Source of the DNA: Bugula neritina
Taxonomy: Eukaryota; Animalia; Bryozoa
NCBI GenBank assembly: GCA_964035545.1
Contig: OZ037767.1
Span: 3,049,680 to 3,113,679 of the forward strand
Direction: 5' to 3'
Length of the DNA: 64,000 bases
This document shows positions 25,531 to 38,995 of the stretch, one piece after another. Made by a program: the position numbers and the translations under genes. Each line of letters begins with the position of its first letter. Position 1 is the first letter of the stretch. A model generated the notes under the pieces. That model was not told the origin of the DNA and ran no database searches. It was given only the letters and a program-made list of their open reading frames with translations.

Positions 25531-28500
25531 TAAGTAACATTACTAGTAAAAACCGTGAGAAGGTACTAACAGCGAAGTACTGAATCAACAGTAACAACAC
25601 AGTGGTATATCATGTACCCGCCAAGTAATGCTGCAATTAAATGCTAAAGTTATATCCTCACCTTACACAGCGAAGGCTGAGCAAGTAAAAAGTTCCGTAT
25701 ATTAGTGTCCGGCACCAGCCACTCCGTGAGTTCCATCTGACCGACAGTGAGGGCAACTCCAAGAATAGATCTCTGCCTTCTGCGAATAGCAGACGTCTTG
25801 GAAACATTGAGCTCTATAGTTTTTGACAGCAGTCTATAACAACACAGGAAAATGTGTACATGTAGATGAAAAATAGACTGAGAACCAGCTATTTATAAAA
25901 TTAGAGAAGCAACATAACTACCAAAATTGATATACTTTACAGAGTAAACGGAAGATTCTGGATAATTAGTATCAACAACTATAATTTGAAGGAATTCACA
26001 AAATAATGGTATGTATGAGGGAAAGTAGAGAGGATTACTCCAAACTAACTTGATGTGACTATCTGAACAGTAGCTCAGTATATCTTGACGGAGGTCGGAC
26101 AACTCCGTGACATTGCGAGACTTGTGGGAAGAAAAACCTTCTAGAAATCTACAAAATGACAAGAAATGTACAGGACATATAAAACTAATGCCGCAAAATG
26201 AAATGAAAAGATTAAAATTTGAATAAACTAAACAATGATAAGAACTACACCAGGTTGTTTTCATTCTAAAACAAGTAACTGGTAACTAGAGAAGCGTGGA
26301 CGTACCCGTTGGCCTTCTTGCGGTGGTTGTCTAGACCAGACTCCGAGTTGGGTTCCAGAGGATCCAGAGGGGTGGGAGACGGATTCTCGTTAAGAAGGAG
26401 AACGGCTAAGTAGGCTATCCTGAAGTTCAGCACAGTCACCTCACTCTTGTGTGGATCCAGTCTCACTGTGGGGGATAGTAAACAGGGAGGTTAGACTACA
26501 TGGTTGGCTACATGTGATGCTTGTGTTAGACATCTCAACATAGTAATACTGAGTTTTAGTCCTGGATTCAGATTTCCAGCATCTAACTTTCTTGGCTAGA
26601 AAATTCTGACAGATCATTACAAAACCTAACAGAAGGTGACTTCATTTGACCTACATTTAGAGTGTCTGCGATCAGCTGCTCCAACGCTAGCACGGTTCCT
26701 TGGTGTACCACCCGTATACAGGCTCTCAGAATCAGGTCTATACGCTAAAATATAAATATAGTTCACAGCAACCTGACACATAGTATGAATGTGTGAACTA
26801 AAATATCGAGCTTTTTAAATAAATGTTGAAATCAAAACTTTCGTTGGCATGGGGAATCGTAATTCAAAATATTAAAACAATTCATAGCTCTTCGAAGGCA
26901 GAGTTACAAAATGTACACCTGACATGCATCTGGAAACTACTATTGTTGGGGCAATCGTGAAAGCTATTATGACGCAGAGAGTAGACACTTACTAGACGGA
27001 ACAGACGTGCCGGTGAGGGTTTCAGTGTACAGACTTCCTGTGGACGGATCAGCATTTGCTCCTTTAATTGAGTAGAACATTCCGGAATCTAAGGATGCAG
27101 CATCTACAATATAACAGGAGACAGTGAGAAGGAATAGCCCAGGTGTACAGCAGGAAGCTGGGTGCCTGTGGTGTAGTCTCACAAACTGGTGTGTTGTACT
27201 AGGGCCACATAAGAATGACACTACTTACATTAGATTTATTTTTATGGTTTGATGAGTTATTTTAAAAACTGAGATTAAGTGCAAGAACTTGAAACTGCTA
27301 AAGTTATAACATCTGGTAACCTGTTACATAACAGACAACAGAAAAGGCTTATAATTAAGAAGTTTAACCAGATTATGGAAACAAAGGGAATGAAGACAAA
27401 TTCATTTGGGAAAAGAAATTATCCATTAGGGTTGAAATATTAAATTCAGAGCATACTCAAATTTCTGAGGGAAGTAAAGTTACTAGAGTTGGCTAGACAT
27501 TTGACTGTCTACTCACCAAACCCCTCATCCCCTAGTCGTAGATCTTCCATATCGGATGTGTAAGAGCCATAGGCATTGAGGTTTGGATGAACCATTAGCA
27601 TCTGGTGCTGAATAGTAGATTCCAGCAGGCCAAGGTTATCTAGATCTTTTCCTCCTGTCTGATCATTGTCTGGACTCACTGAATGTAAAACAACTCAGAT
27701 AAGTACTGCGTGCGTGCGTGTGTGTGTGTGTGTGTGTGTAGGTGTGTGTGTGTGTGTAGGTGTGTGTGTGTGTGTGTGTGCATGTAATTGAGTTTATGTG
27801 AATACACTAGTTCTTTACAGCTCTATATTATTAGTTTAAAATTATTCATATAACTATTACAACTGGATGTACAATTTATCATACGGACTGATATAGAATT
27901 TTCATGGGGACCAAGCTAAAGCCAACAAATAATAAACAATCTTAAACAACATAGCTGGTCTAAACGTCTATTGTTATATTGTAAATGTTTATGGCTAGGT
28001 AGCAGTCGTAATACCTTTAGGTCTTGGCTCCTAAACAATGTATTATTGTACCAAGCAGATGTTCAGGTGTTGGGGGCAACCTATTATTAAGATTCCAGCA
28101 ACCAAGGCTAAACAAGTCCCTGCACCAGTTACATAACTCATTCACTAATCCCCTTGAGTAGTATTTACCTGGGAATACTAGTCAGGGAGAATATATGTCA
28201 ACTAGGGTGCTTGGCTAGTAGCTTACAAGCTAGGTGCGTATCCTGATAGCATAAGCACTGAGTTTCCATGGCTTTGCATTATCCGGACAGATATTAGTAC
28301 AGATGAATTTATGATCGTGGCTTCATTCGATGCAACTATTTCCAAACATGGAATGCAAAATCCATTTGAATAAGCCAAAGCTTAGAGTAAAGGAGAAAAG
28401 CCCTATAGAATATTATTATATAAACTGGGGGCCCTCTTCCCCCTCCCCTACCCCCTGTATATCACAAGATGAAATAGCTACACAAGAATTCACACTAAAC

Positions 28501-31500
28501 AACACAAAAAGCAGAGACCGCACAATGAGTTGAAGGTTTCACACTAACCAGTTTGAATCAAGGTGGTGGCAAACTGAATCAAAGTTTTGATCTGTTCAGG
28601 TGACAGGTAGACACCCACACTGCTGAGGTTCACATCCACGGTGAGATTGGTGCTGTCTGCAAAGAGAGGAGAGAACATGTCAGCAAAATCTAAATATGAT
28701 CAGCTGCCACCTTCCTGGTTTTAGTTCAGTTAGACGACTTTATTTAAAAACATTAGGAATTAAAAAATTAATGATATTTGATACTAAGTTGCATTTATTT
28801 TAACTTCATGTGAATCCATGTGCACAGGTGTCCAACTGAACCTATATGCATAATATGCCTAATTTTTTGATATCATATAATATATATAATTTTTTACAAC
28901 TACTCTACATTATAATAATTCAATTTCAAATTTTAAAGTATTCAAATATATTTTAATACTATCTGCACATATATTTAATAGCAATATTTGGGGATCATTC
29001 ATCTGAAACTTGTATAGTCTAACTGGAATGACACCACCTCGCCAATAGTGGAGGAAGGCTGGCCCAAGGTTTTAAAGTAGTGGAATACATTCTGGTGCAT
29101 TTGCTGCTAAAACCCAGTAAGTTTTACACAAGGTTTATGGATAGAAGACAGATAGACACCAACATAAAGACCAACAGTGCAATCTGCAACTGGTGACACA
29201 AAGAAAAATGTTGAAGTTATGTAACATTACTTAACAAAGCAAATATTTACCATTTAAATTACTTAGAGTTTTATGAAAACCATTACCCTATAATTTACTG
29301 TATAACAACATAGACATTCCAAAATACATGGACAAAATTTCCATTAGAAATAATTAAGCCTATTTCTAACTTTCCCATAGAACCATCCCATGAAATAATT
29401 TTCCTCTCCATAAAAAGCATTCAGACCTTATAAATTAACTATTTGGACTTAAGAAGAACTCGCCTTCAAATTTGTCATTTCGAACAGTTTTTAGACTGGC
29501 TCGATGTTCACCACTCGCCATGAAGAACATGACGGGATTCGAGTTGATGTGGGTTTGCTCTTGAGGCAAGTGACCTTTACCATGGCTGACATAACTGGGC
29601 TGTCGTAATATAGGACTGTGTGCAGATGTAGCAGACACCTGCAACAAGTGACATCAAGTGTTGACATGTAGATATGTGACACCAAGACACCCTAACCAAA
29701 CTGCGTACAACAATGTATTTACTTACAAAGATGTCTGCTGAAGAAGTAGTTGCTGAACTTATTGAGGTCGACCCTCTGTGACAAGGTATGAAGACATCAG
29801 TGTACAGAGTGATGTCTTTAGAAACGTGAATGTGCTTGATGAACGGCACAGTCGTAGAACTGGTTTGGGCCTGAACATCATCATCTACAGAAGTTCCTTG
29901 ATCTCTAGAACTGTCGTCAAATAGCTCCAGTCTACCCAAAAATAGATATCAAAGCAATTACTGAAAAATGCAGAAATTATTAAATAACAATCAAAGAGTT
30001 GAAATTTATTTTAACCTGTATTTATAATGCCACGTTGAAAAGACAGTTTTACAAACTATCGATTGCACAAAGTTTAGGCATTTTTGTAAAAATTCTTCTC
30101 AAAATGGTCAAAAAATAGTTTATTGTAGAAGAATCAAATAGCAGTCATTTTTCAAGTATCTCTGACACACTATAAAAGTCAGCAGGTTGTCCGCCCTCAC
30201 CTTGACAAATGCAGCTCCACCGCGATGCCACGACTCTCATCATCTTGGCAGCACTCGATACGAATAGTAGGATTGTGGAGGATAACTCTTATTCTGTGCA
30301 GAACTTTTCAAACAAAAGCTTATAGTTAGTATTATTCAATGCAAACAAAATATGATGACAAAATTTTGATGATATGTAATAAAAAATACACAACTTATCA
30401 AACACATAGGTATAACGAAATTGAGTAGTTTATACAACACACTAGATTCAATGGTCTTGGCAAATCCTTCCAGTCCATTGGGTAAGGCACTAGTTGCACG
30501 GTCATCATTTTTAATGGCTTCTTCTGCTATATACATTGAAGTGGCGGCCATTGACTCTGTCTTCCATTGAGATCCATCTAAATCTGCGAGAAGTTGATGC
30601 AATTAATTAGACTCAAAAAACGTTATAATAATGTGTGCAGATCCTAAAAGTAAATTAAAAGACAAATACCTTCATCAGAATTTGAGATTTGTCGAGGCTG
30701 TAAAGTGACTTCCAATGCAGTAACTTCCACAACAGCGTCACTGGTCATCAAGGATTTCCAAGGAATTGTTACGTAAATCTTTTCAAAAAATCCTTCCACC
30801 ATCTCAAATGGCAGATGAAGTGCTTCAAGTTTTTCATTGATTGCCTACAAAATTATTAAAAATAAAAATATAAACTGAGAAATTATATTCCCCATTACCA
30901 ACTTATAGACAACTGATATAATATTATATTTTAATTTATGGTTAACGTTATTTTCATTTTGAGTTTATCATAGTCAGTATCACAATCAGTATCATAAACT
31001 TATAACAACAATTATAGTCCATGCTGATACTCATACTGACCGTGCTACTGATAGTCATAGTCACACTCACACTGACACCGATTCTTAGCCTGATAAATAC
31101 TAATAGTTATAGTATAAGAACTGTAATACTAATATAAAATTAATTATTATAACTGGAGTGAAACTGAATACAGATACTAATACTTATACTACTACTAGTA
31201 ATAGTACTGATAGTCATAGTCCCACTCACACTGAGACCGAGTCTTAGCCTAATAAATACTAATACTAATAGTTATAGTATAGGAACTGTAATACTAATAT
31301 AAAATTAATTATTATAACTGAAGTGAAACTGAATACAGATACTAATACTTATAGTTATACTACTACTAGTAATAGTAATACTAATAGTACTGATAGTCAT
31401 AGTCACACTCACACTGAGACCGAGTCTCAGCCTGATAATTACTAATACTAATAGTTATAGTATAGGAACTGTAATACTAATATAAAATTAATTATTATAA

Positions 31501-31985
31501 CTGAAGTGAAACTGAATACAGATACTAATACTTATAGTTCTACTACTTTTAGTAATAGTAATACTAATAGTACTGATAGTCATAGTCACACTCACACTGA
31601 GACCGAGTCTCAGCCTGATAATTACTAATGGTTTTAGTATAAGAACTGTAATACTAATATTAAATATAAAATTATAACTGAAGTGAAACTGAATACAGAT
31701 ACTAATACTAATTAGTAATACTTGATACTAATAATATCAATTCTAATACTATAGCTCAACGTACTTTGAAAGAGAACACCGCATCATTTTAATATAGGTA
31801 ATTTAAAAACAAATTACCTCAACATTTAACGGGACATTCTGAATTTCAGCAGTGCCATTTGTAAAATCCAACGCCAGCTGATCAGCTGACAAATCTCCAA
31901 CAAAGAATTCACCCAGATGACTTTGTAAGAGGTTTCTGAAAATGGTTGTTTTGAATTTTGTTGTGAAAAAGTCAGCAATCCCCAT
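13587..31985 (-). CDS. ATG2: Autophagy-related protein 2 (lipid-transfer protein), multi-exon (more than 25 exons)
   Basis: Exon 1 (31985-31818) MGIADFFTTKFKTTIFRNLLQSHLGEFFVGDLSADQLALDFTNGTAEIQNVPLNVE and exon 2 ...VTIPWKSL... form the chorein-N region. Internal motifs GLEGFAKTIES, LSPEQI, NDLLLWEP. ATG_C region LFWQPIVQYRKDGRIVRGLQKGAHAF. Last exon (13811-13587) GALGEVVRQTPKVVIQP...GARNQLFPD...KYKSE*. Confidence 0.93.
13861..13972. repeat. (ACT/GCT)n trinucleotide microsatellite in the last ATG2 intron
   Basis: Visible run; it explains the poly-Thr ORF at 13790-14014. Confidence 0.95.
16545..16642. repeat. 22-bp minisatellite (about 4.5 copies), ATG2 intron
   Basis: Unit TGACTAGAAGTAAGAGTAACTA. 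Confidence 0.85.
19185..19345 (+). mobile_element. tRNA-derived SINE fragment with a MetaSINE-like core, antisense within an ATG2 intron
   Basis: A box TGGCGTAGTGG (19195-19205) and B box GGTTCAAATCC (19217-19227), followed by GATGTTAGGAAGAGCATTCGGTCATAATTGCTCC, which resembles the Meta domain (..CAGGAAGGGCATCCGGCCGTAAA..). The 3' boundary is approximate. Confidence 0.7.
20375..20600. repeat. About 18-bp minisatellite filling a short ATG2 intron
   Basis: Unit TATAGAGAGTATACAGTG. Confidence 0.9.
21095..21632. repeat. 18-bp minisatellite (about 30 copies) starting at an ATG2 splice donor
   Basis: Unit GACACTGTGTGACATAGC; it produces the SHSVAM/TLCDIA pseudo-ORFs. Confidence 0.95.
23145..23332. 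repeat. 18-bp minisatellite (about 10 copies) next to an ATG2 acceptor
   Basis: Unit TCTAGTACTACAGTATAT. Confidence 0.93.
25407..25530. repeat. (TAG)n imperfect microsatellite
   Basis: Visible run in an ATG2 intron. Confidence 0.9.
27708..27782. repeat. (GT)n microsatellite
   Basis: Visible run in an ATG2 intron. Confidence 0.95.
31046..31710. repeat. About 160-182-bp tandem repeat (about 3.7 copies) in ATG2 intron 1
   Basis: TACTGATAGTCATAGTCACACTCACACTGAGACCGAGTCTCAGCCTGATA... recurs near 31046, 31206, 31388 and 31570. Confidence 0.9.
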
Positions 31986-32893
31986 TGCTAAAACTAACGC
32001 ATATAAAATGTCTTCATAGAGACTAAAACACACAGTTTATATCTGCATATTAGACAAAAATTGCTAACACAATAAAGAAAACGAAGGTGCTAAGCCAACT
32101 ATCAGGCTTCGTGTGACCATTCTTGTCGCATTGCCCTGTTTACATTTAGATTATTCAATATCCAATTAGATTACTTCGAATGATGTGGGCTGAACGTGTT
32201 TACAACTAAAGAATAAAGACAACTCCTAATAGTTGAAATATTTTTCATGCATGCATGAGTAGCTATTTTTCCTTCGTTCTCTACTAAGTGCCTGTTAATT
32301 CTTGTCTTAAATTGTTCATATATAATTTACACTTGGCAAGTAAAGAGCTGGAAGTTGGTGCAAATGGAAGCAGTGTTGCTCAAAGGCTGGAAATTCCTCA
32401 AGCAGGAAATATTTATTGCAACCTTAGCTGATGAAAAATCTGCGAATTTAAAACAATTTGAACATATGTTTTATTATTTGCTGCATGAACTCTGCCTGGC
32501 TGAAATTTTAAACAAAAGCACTAATTTAATGATTTACATTAGGCAGTCATCATTCCACATGCTCTTATAGTAACTAGTTCAGGTTGGGTGCATAATAAAG
32601 ACATATTTTTATATTTGTTATATTACTTACAACTATATAGTAGTTATACTCATAAATATACAGCACAAATGCAAGTATAAGAATACTAGCTATTCTGAGT
32701 GCATTATATGGTCAAAACCTTTCCAAATATCAAAAAAATTACAGAAAAACAATTAAATCATATTTCTGAAGAAAATATACAATTCATAAGAAACAAACAT
32801 GGCCATCCATGGCTGACAACAAATGTACAGAGATCATTATCTCTTGACACGGCTAACAATACAAGATGACTAAAACGTAAAGTTGAGCATGAG

Positions 32894-35800
32894 TCATCCT
32901 TCAGCCTCATCGTCATCGTCGTCATCGTCGTCAACATCCTTTCCGTCTAAAAAGCCTCGGCTCTGTGGCAAGTCTAGTAAGAACTTTTCAGGTGAAGGCG
33001 GGCACGTCACCTGAGCTTCCAGTATGACCGGACCTGTAGAATTACTTTAATGTGCACCACACAGAAATACTCTAACTTATCCTCATTTATCCTCAACACA
33101 AAGAAGATATTTCTAAAAACCATTCTTTTACCTAAAGTAGGAACATTCCGGAGACCATTTAGAGTATTTTTCCAGCACTTCCAATTCTCTTTCAGCTGCT
33201 CCATTGACATGCCGAGCTGTTAATGAAGAGTATAAGATCTAAGGCTATCAAGTTTACACAAGATTGTGAGTAAAATGGTTAGCAAAGAATCAACACTCAG
33301 TTTGACTAGACAGGAATACATGCTAACATGAGTTAACATCAGGATTCACACGCCTCTCTATTGAAGAGCTAGGCTGTGGGTGAACTATTTCTGGCTTCAT
33401 ACAAACTGCTTCAGACTGTTTCCTAATTATAATGTTTGGTATTTTTTTGAAAATATATATTTTTCTACTCACTAAATCTGAAACAGCCAACTTAGAACAA
33501 ACTCTATAAAAGATACAGCTTATTACAGAGCTCTTTAGTTAATGGCTGTGAAATCCTAAATTTGTGATTCCAGTAAAGTGTTTTTCAAAATAGAAATAGT
33601 TGACAATACAACCGGGAGAGGGGGGAACACATTGGCTCTGGGAGAATATCAATTCCATAAGAATATTTGTACTGCTTTTGTTCAATTGAAAAAGAGTTAG
33701 AGACTGACCCGACCGATGGGCACAGTTAACCTCTGAATAGTTGGATTTTCAGTGTCTCTACGCGACAATCGAGCTGTTACACTCTCGTAGGTTACACCGT
33801 TAGCGTGTAGATTCATCATAGTCTGCATATCATGGCCAGTGGTAACTGCAACACACGGTAAAACACTGTTGAAATACAGAGTCAAAATATACTGACACGG
33901 AGTCAATATAACTGCTTGTAGGCAGGACTACTTCTGTATTTGAGTTCTAGCAGTATTTATGAACATAAAGCTGAAACTTATACTACAACATCAAGTCAAT
34001 AGCTTATAGACTAAATCAAAAAACTATTCTTGAATTAAAGATGATTTAATGTATACTGTTAGTAAGTTTTCAAACTGAGTTCATTTTGCTAAAAGCACTA
34101 ACCCTAGATTGATTTGAATTTACAGACACTCCTAAAGTGTAGCGAGCAATAGGGAAAATGCTTATAGTATTGTGGAGCTAAGGAGTTATCATCTCAACAC
34201 TTACACAACTTCTTAGAAGGGAACAGAGGAATCTTGTCTTTAACCACCATGAGCTGCTGTAGAAGATCAGTTGTACAAACCACTAGGCTGATATCTCCAT
34301 CATCCAATACCAGCTCCCCACTAGCCACCTGCAGGTATTCTAGTGTATGCAGCACACAGAAGTAACAGATGGTACCAGTTGAAAATAATATGCTCTGAGT
34401 TCAGATGAACCATATTATACATTTAATTGTATTTCAAAGAAGCACAATCAATAAATCTGTTTGATGCTTAGTTTAGAAATTGTTTTAGATGCATCTTTTA
34501 CCATGTCGTGGTGTTCATGTAAATTTCCTACCATATATGTGAAATAATATACTACATACTGTGTGAAATTTCAAAAAAAAATTTACACTATCAAATTTCA
34601 TTGAGAAATTATTCCAAGGATAATCCAGCAAGAAGTTCGGTGTACTGACTAGATGTTAGCACAGAGCCATAAACTGTGCCCGAGTTCCAACGTAGACTAA
34701 GAACCTCTAGCAGCATTGTGGGTTGATCTCATCTCACACCACCCCAGTATTTCAAAGTATAACCCTAGCTCTAAGCACAGATTTTGCCACTTACGCCGGA
34801 TACGCTCTTTTTACATACTTGGTGTTGTATCAAGTCTATTTATAGCCCAAACAGCTGTTTATAGTCCTAACAGTTATTTATAGTCCTAACAGTTATTTAT
34901 AGTCCTAAGCAGAAGTTACTAGAACTCACCTCTCTAATGATCTCAGCACCACCAACTACTGCAGCTCCGTATGACTTAGCAACATTCAACTCATCCTTGG
35001 ATGCAGATAAAGCCAAGATTTTTGTCTTAGGTTTACCTGTGTCGAAGAGGTGAGGTAGTAGGACCGTGCCGGCATAGTGAGTTTGAAACTTAGTCTAAAG
35101 GAAACAAACACTAGGGCTATAGAATCAGATCAGTTATATATATAGGTTTTTAATTTTTAACCTAATAATTAGCAAAAAAACTTTGTCAGCTTAGCTTATT
35201 GTCCTAGAAATATTTCTAAGTTTTCACTTATACTTCTACTTACTCTAATATTTCAGAGGGACACTATTAAAATAACCAAAGCAAAATCTGTATGAATCCA
35301 CTAGATTACGAACTTATAATTTAATTATTAATACATTGACAGCATCTAAACTGAAATAAGAAAGTATTACATGCAACGTAGTAAAGTACTACGTATTACA
35401 CAATAAAGTACTATATATAATGTAATATTATGTATATTACATAATAGAGTACAACATAAAACATAGTGAAGTAATATACATTATGCAGTAAAGTACTATA
35501 TATATATATATATATACATACAGATAAAACGCATAGCACATAAATATACCTATGTATTAGATATATTAAAACTAGTTACCTTCTTTTTTGTCCTCATGCA
35601 TAAAAGAAGATTCGTATAAACTACTCCGTTTTCATTATCAAACATTTCTTTACAGCATGAATCCCTGTGCATCTTAATACAATCTACAATTAGACACACT
35701 TTTATCACTGTTTAGTGAACATGCCTTTGCCAGCCTTGCTTGCAGTCTTGTTGCATAATATTCATTCTATACAACTAAGATTACCTTGCAGTTTGTGATA

Positions 35801-37187
35801 AACAGGTGGATAATACTCTGCAATCCAGACATCATCAACCGGTACTTTACCCTCAATTCTTTTGTCTAGTGGCGGAAATCTATCACCAATAAAAACTGTA
35901 GATAATAGTTTATCATAGTAAAACCAAGAAATAAGTTAACAAGTGAAAGAAGTTGGAAAACAAACCATCCGCTATTATTTGGCTGTCACGATTTTCTATA
36001 ATGCATACAGATGAGCCAAAATAGGAAGTGATGTCATACAAAATATGCTGACCTTTTGTTAAGCAGGGCTTCAACCTCATCTAATGTATAAGCCTTTTGT
36101 GGTCCACGAGAAGTTTGGCTAGCTTTCTTTGCTTTGGGCAACTGATCAGCATCTGCATATTTCAGTTTACGTGTTCCCTTGAATAGAGTAGGTGAAGTAA
36201 CTAGATTTCTTTGGAGAGATAAATTTGAAACCAGCCGTGACAAATTTCCTACTGATTTTGCTACAAAAAAGAACAGAATATATTATAACCATTAGATTTC
36301 AAGAGATAATTTAGATATAAAAGTAAGAGCGAAACTAAAGAGTATAATCATCGAAAAGAGCTTGCTGTTCTTTACTAATTAATATGTTTTCATTAATATT
36401 AAATTGATCAAGTTAAATTGATTCAAACAGTAGCTGTAACAATAGTAGAATAACAATAGTTTAAGTAATTGCTGCAACTATTGAATTCATGCTGTTACTC
36501 ATTAGCTTCATACATACATTTTTAACTGAGCATCACAAGACCAAGTACTAGTAGTAACTAAAGCCTGTAGTTTAATTTAGCATTATTGTAATTCAACCTA
36601 AGTATATCACCAACACTAACAGCAATAATTTCGATAAGAAACTAAGCTACTAATATTATACTTATCTTATTAGTTTTATGTAATTACTATTAGTATTACT
36701 AACACTATTAGTAATGAGATTGAGGGTGACTTGAGCAAACACTAACAGTATGTCACTATGTGAGTATGTGTATAACCAATTTGAACTGAAAACAAAATGA
36801 GCTATGGCTAGTTAAAGTTAAACTTGAAATTAATCATGACCATAATGATAATTAATTAGAATATTCACTTTATCATAATCATAATGCCGATGGTAATCCT
36901 AATGATAATCATAATCATAATGATTTAATGTTAAACCATAATATTAATAATAATATTAATATTAATAAAAAATTATAAAATTAAATAATATTCATTATTA
37001 ACATTAATATTATTAAAAATGATATTTATAAATTCTCGTTGAAACATTATTGTACAGTTATAAATTTGGATTCAAAGCTCACAAGTTTCAAATAAAATCA
37101 TAAATTTTAAAACTTGGGTTAATACACGACTTGAATGATGAGTTTCTAATGTTTGAAGAAAAACTTACTGCCCATGGAGGCTGCCAT
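32894..37187 (-). CDS. MRPL1: Mitochondrial large-subunit ribosomal protein uL1m, multi-exon
   Basis: Exon 1 ATGGCAGCCTCCATGGGCA|gtaagt; presequence-like exon 2; then KVPVDDVWIAEYYPP, GTVLLPHLFDTGKPKTKILAL...AKSYGAAVVGGAEII and LTVPIGR|LGMSMEQLKENW; last exon GPVILEAQVTCPPSPEKF...acidic tail, ending at a TGA at 32894-32896. Confidence 0.85.
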
Positions 37188-37588
37188 TTTCAAAGTTTTC
37201 TAAGCTCAGAGCAAAATTAATAATACGTTTTTAAAAAAATAGTTGTGTGTTATAATAACTTAAAATTAAAAAATGTTAAAAAAAAATATTGCCATTTTTG
37301 TCAAAAAAAATTTGTTTTGTAATGAGCAACAGAGCTTCTTAAGATTAAGACAGCGTTTCTGCCGGTAACTTTTGTTCTTTTGTTAGCCTCTTCACTTGAT
37401 GTGCAACTAAATTAAATAGTAGTACTCTAAATCAAATTGTAAACACATGCGAAACGCAGGCTATAGTTTCACCTATAATTGACTCAGTAGTAGCTAATCA
37501 TTTACCTCAACTATCCTCTTCATCTATAAGCAACAGGTTCTACTCTAACTATTTTACTGTTAACCGCCATTATATTTACACTCTCACC
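37188..37588. promoter_or_regulatory. Putative bidirectional promoter shared by MRPL1 and COX7C
   Basis: Divergent ATGs about 400 bp apart; YY1-like motifs (AAAATGGCAGC over the MRPL1 ATG, CCGCCAT at about 37564). Confidence 0.6.
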
Positions 37589-38995
37589 ATGCTATCAAGA
37601 ACTAGCATCGTCGCACTAAGGAAGTTTTCTACAAGTTCTGCAAGAGCAGGTGGATGGCAGCAACGTAGCGTTCCTGGATCGGTGAGACTCAGACTGAACA
37701 TTTTGATTTTTCACTTGAGCTATGTCTTTAAAATAGATCATGATGATGATGTTAATAATAATTCATTAATTGACTTTTAATTTTACTGATTTAGTTTTAT
37801 ATTATGATTATTCTGCAGTATAGAAATTTACTTATTCAGTTATTGTAATCTAAAGTAATTCAAAATGGACTTAGAATCTGGTTTCGGATAATGATATTAA
37901 TATTATTATTAATAAAAATAATTTACACTTACAGCAACTTTTAGTTTTATATTAAATTTTTTTATCTAGAATTACTATAATAATTTTAAGGAGGGGCCAT
38001 TGCGGCTTGCCTAGTGGCTAGAGAAACTAATCTCAATCTGCTAACTGTTATATCTAACTACGTGTTACATAACTCTATCTAACTTATTTATATTGATATT
38101 CAAAATGAACTTGGGTCATCCAACACTTTGAGTTTAAATTTAATAAGTTTGCCAGTTCATCATGATTGTCCAGACAGCAATTAAAACTAAATGTGAATGT
38201 GATGAGCTGCTACTGGTTGGCTTGTTGTAGACATGAGTGTCTTATCTAGTTTTACTTTGGCTCATTCCAGTAGTTATTCTAGAAGTAAGGCCTGTCCACA
38301 TTGAGGTGGTTCCATGAAAATATGTCTAAGTAAACATTTTTAAGAACATGATTCAAGCTTTTATTAGCCGGCAGTTGAAAAACAACTTATCTTTATAAAT
38401 AAATTTTTATATAAGACTAGCTGCAGATTTCTTAAGCAAGTGCTGCTTAAAATATTTTATGTTTTCATTGAGTTATCAGAAGCACATTCACGGGTGTGGT
38501 TTTCATATTACTTCTCGTTTTGTCTCAATATGAATAGGCCTCATGTGGCTCAATCTTCTGCTAGTTATGATCACACCATTCCTTGTGCCTTGTTTCTTAA
38601 TTACATACACAGTTACTTTTTGTGGGCACTAGAGCTGCTCATTATTGCAGTAGCATTTAAAAGCTTGTTACAGGAAATTTTGTAGACTATTGATTTACCA
38701 GTCAAGACAAGTCCTTTTGAAATAATCATATCTCTTGCATGTTTTCTGACACCTTAGACAGGGTGTAAATAACTAAAAATTTTGAATAATAAACTAATGT
38801 ATATTTCTAATTGCTAAACCAAACATGTTTTTGTTTCTAGATTATCCATATAAGTTCCTGTTACACTCTCTCTTGTAGAATCTGCCCTTCAGCATTGAGA
38901 ACAGATTTGCTCTGTACTTGAAAGGCGCACTCTTTTTCGGAAGTGGCATGGCAGTACCATTCATAGCTACCAGACATCAGCTTCTCAAAAGATAA
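37589..38995 (+). CDS. COX7C: Cytochrome c oxidase subunit 7C (69 aa); coding exons 37589-37681 and 38879-38995
   Basis: MLSRTSIVALRKFSTSSARAGGWQQRSVPGS|NLPFSIENRFALYLKGALFFGSGMAVPFIATRHQLLKR*, with the PGxNLPF and FGSGxxxPF...RHQLLK signatures. Probable 3'-UTR intron 39033-39751 and AATAAA at 39875. Confidence 0.93.

Noticed and set aside
27881-28460. Possible degraded MITE in an ATG2 intron
   Set aside because: The ends are only loosely inverted and no TSD could be assigned.
38195-38290. C-box-like GTGATGA in COX7C intron 1 (possible snoRNA)
   Set aside because: No suitably placed CTGA D box or terminal stem.
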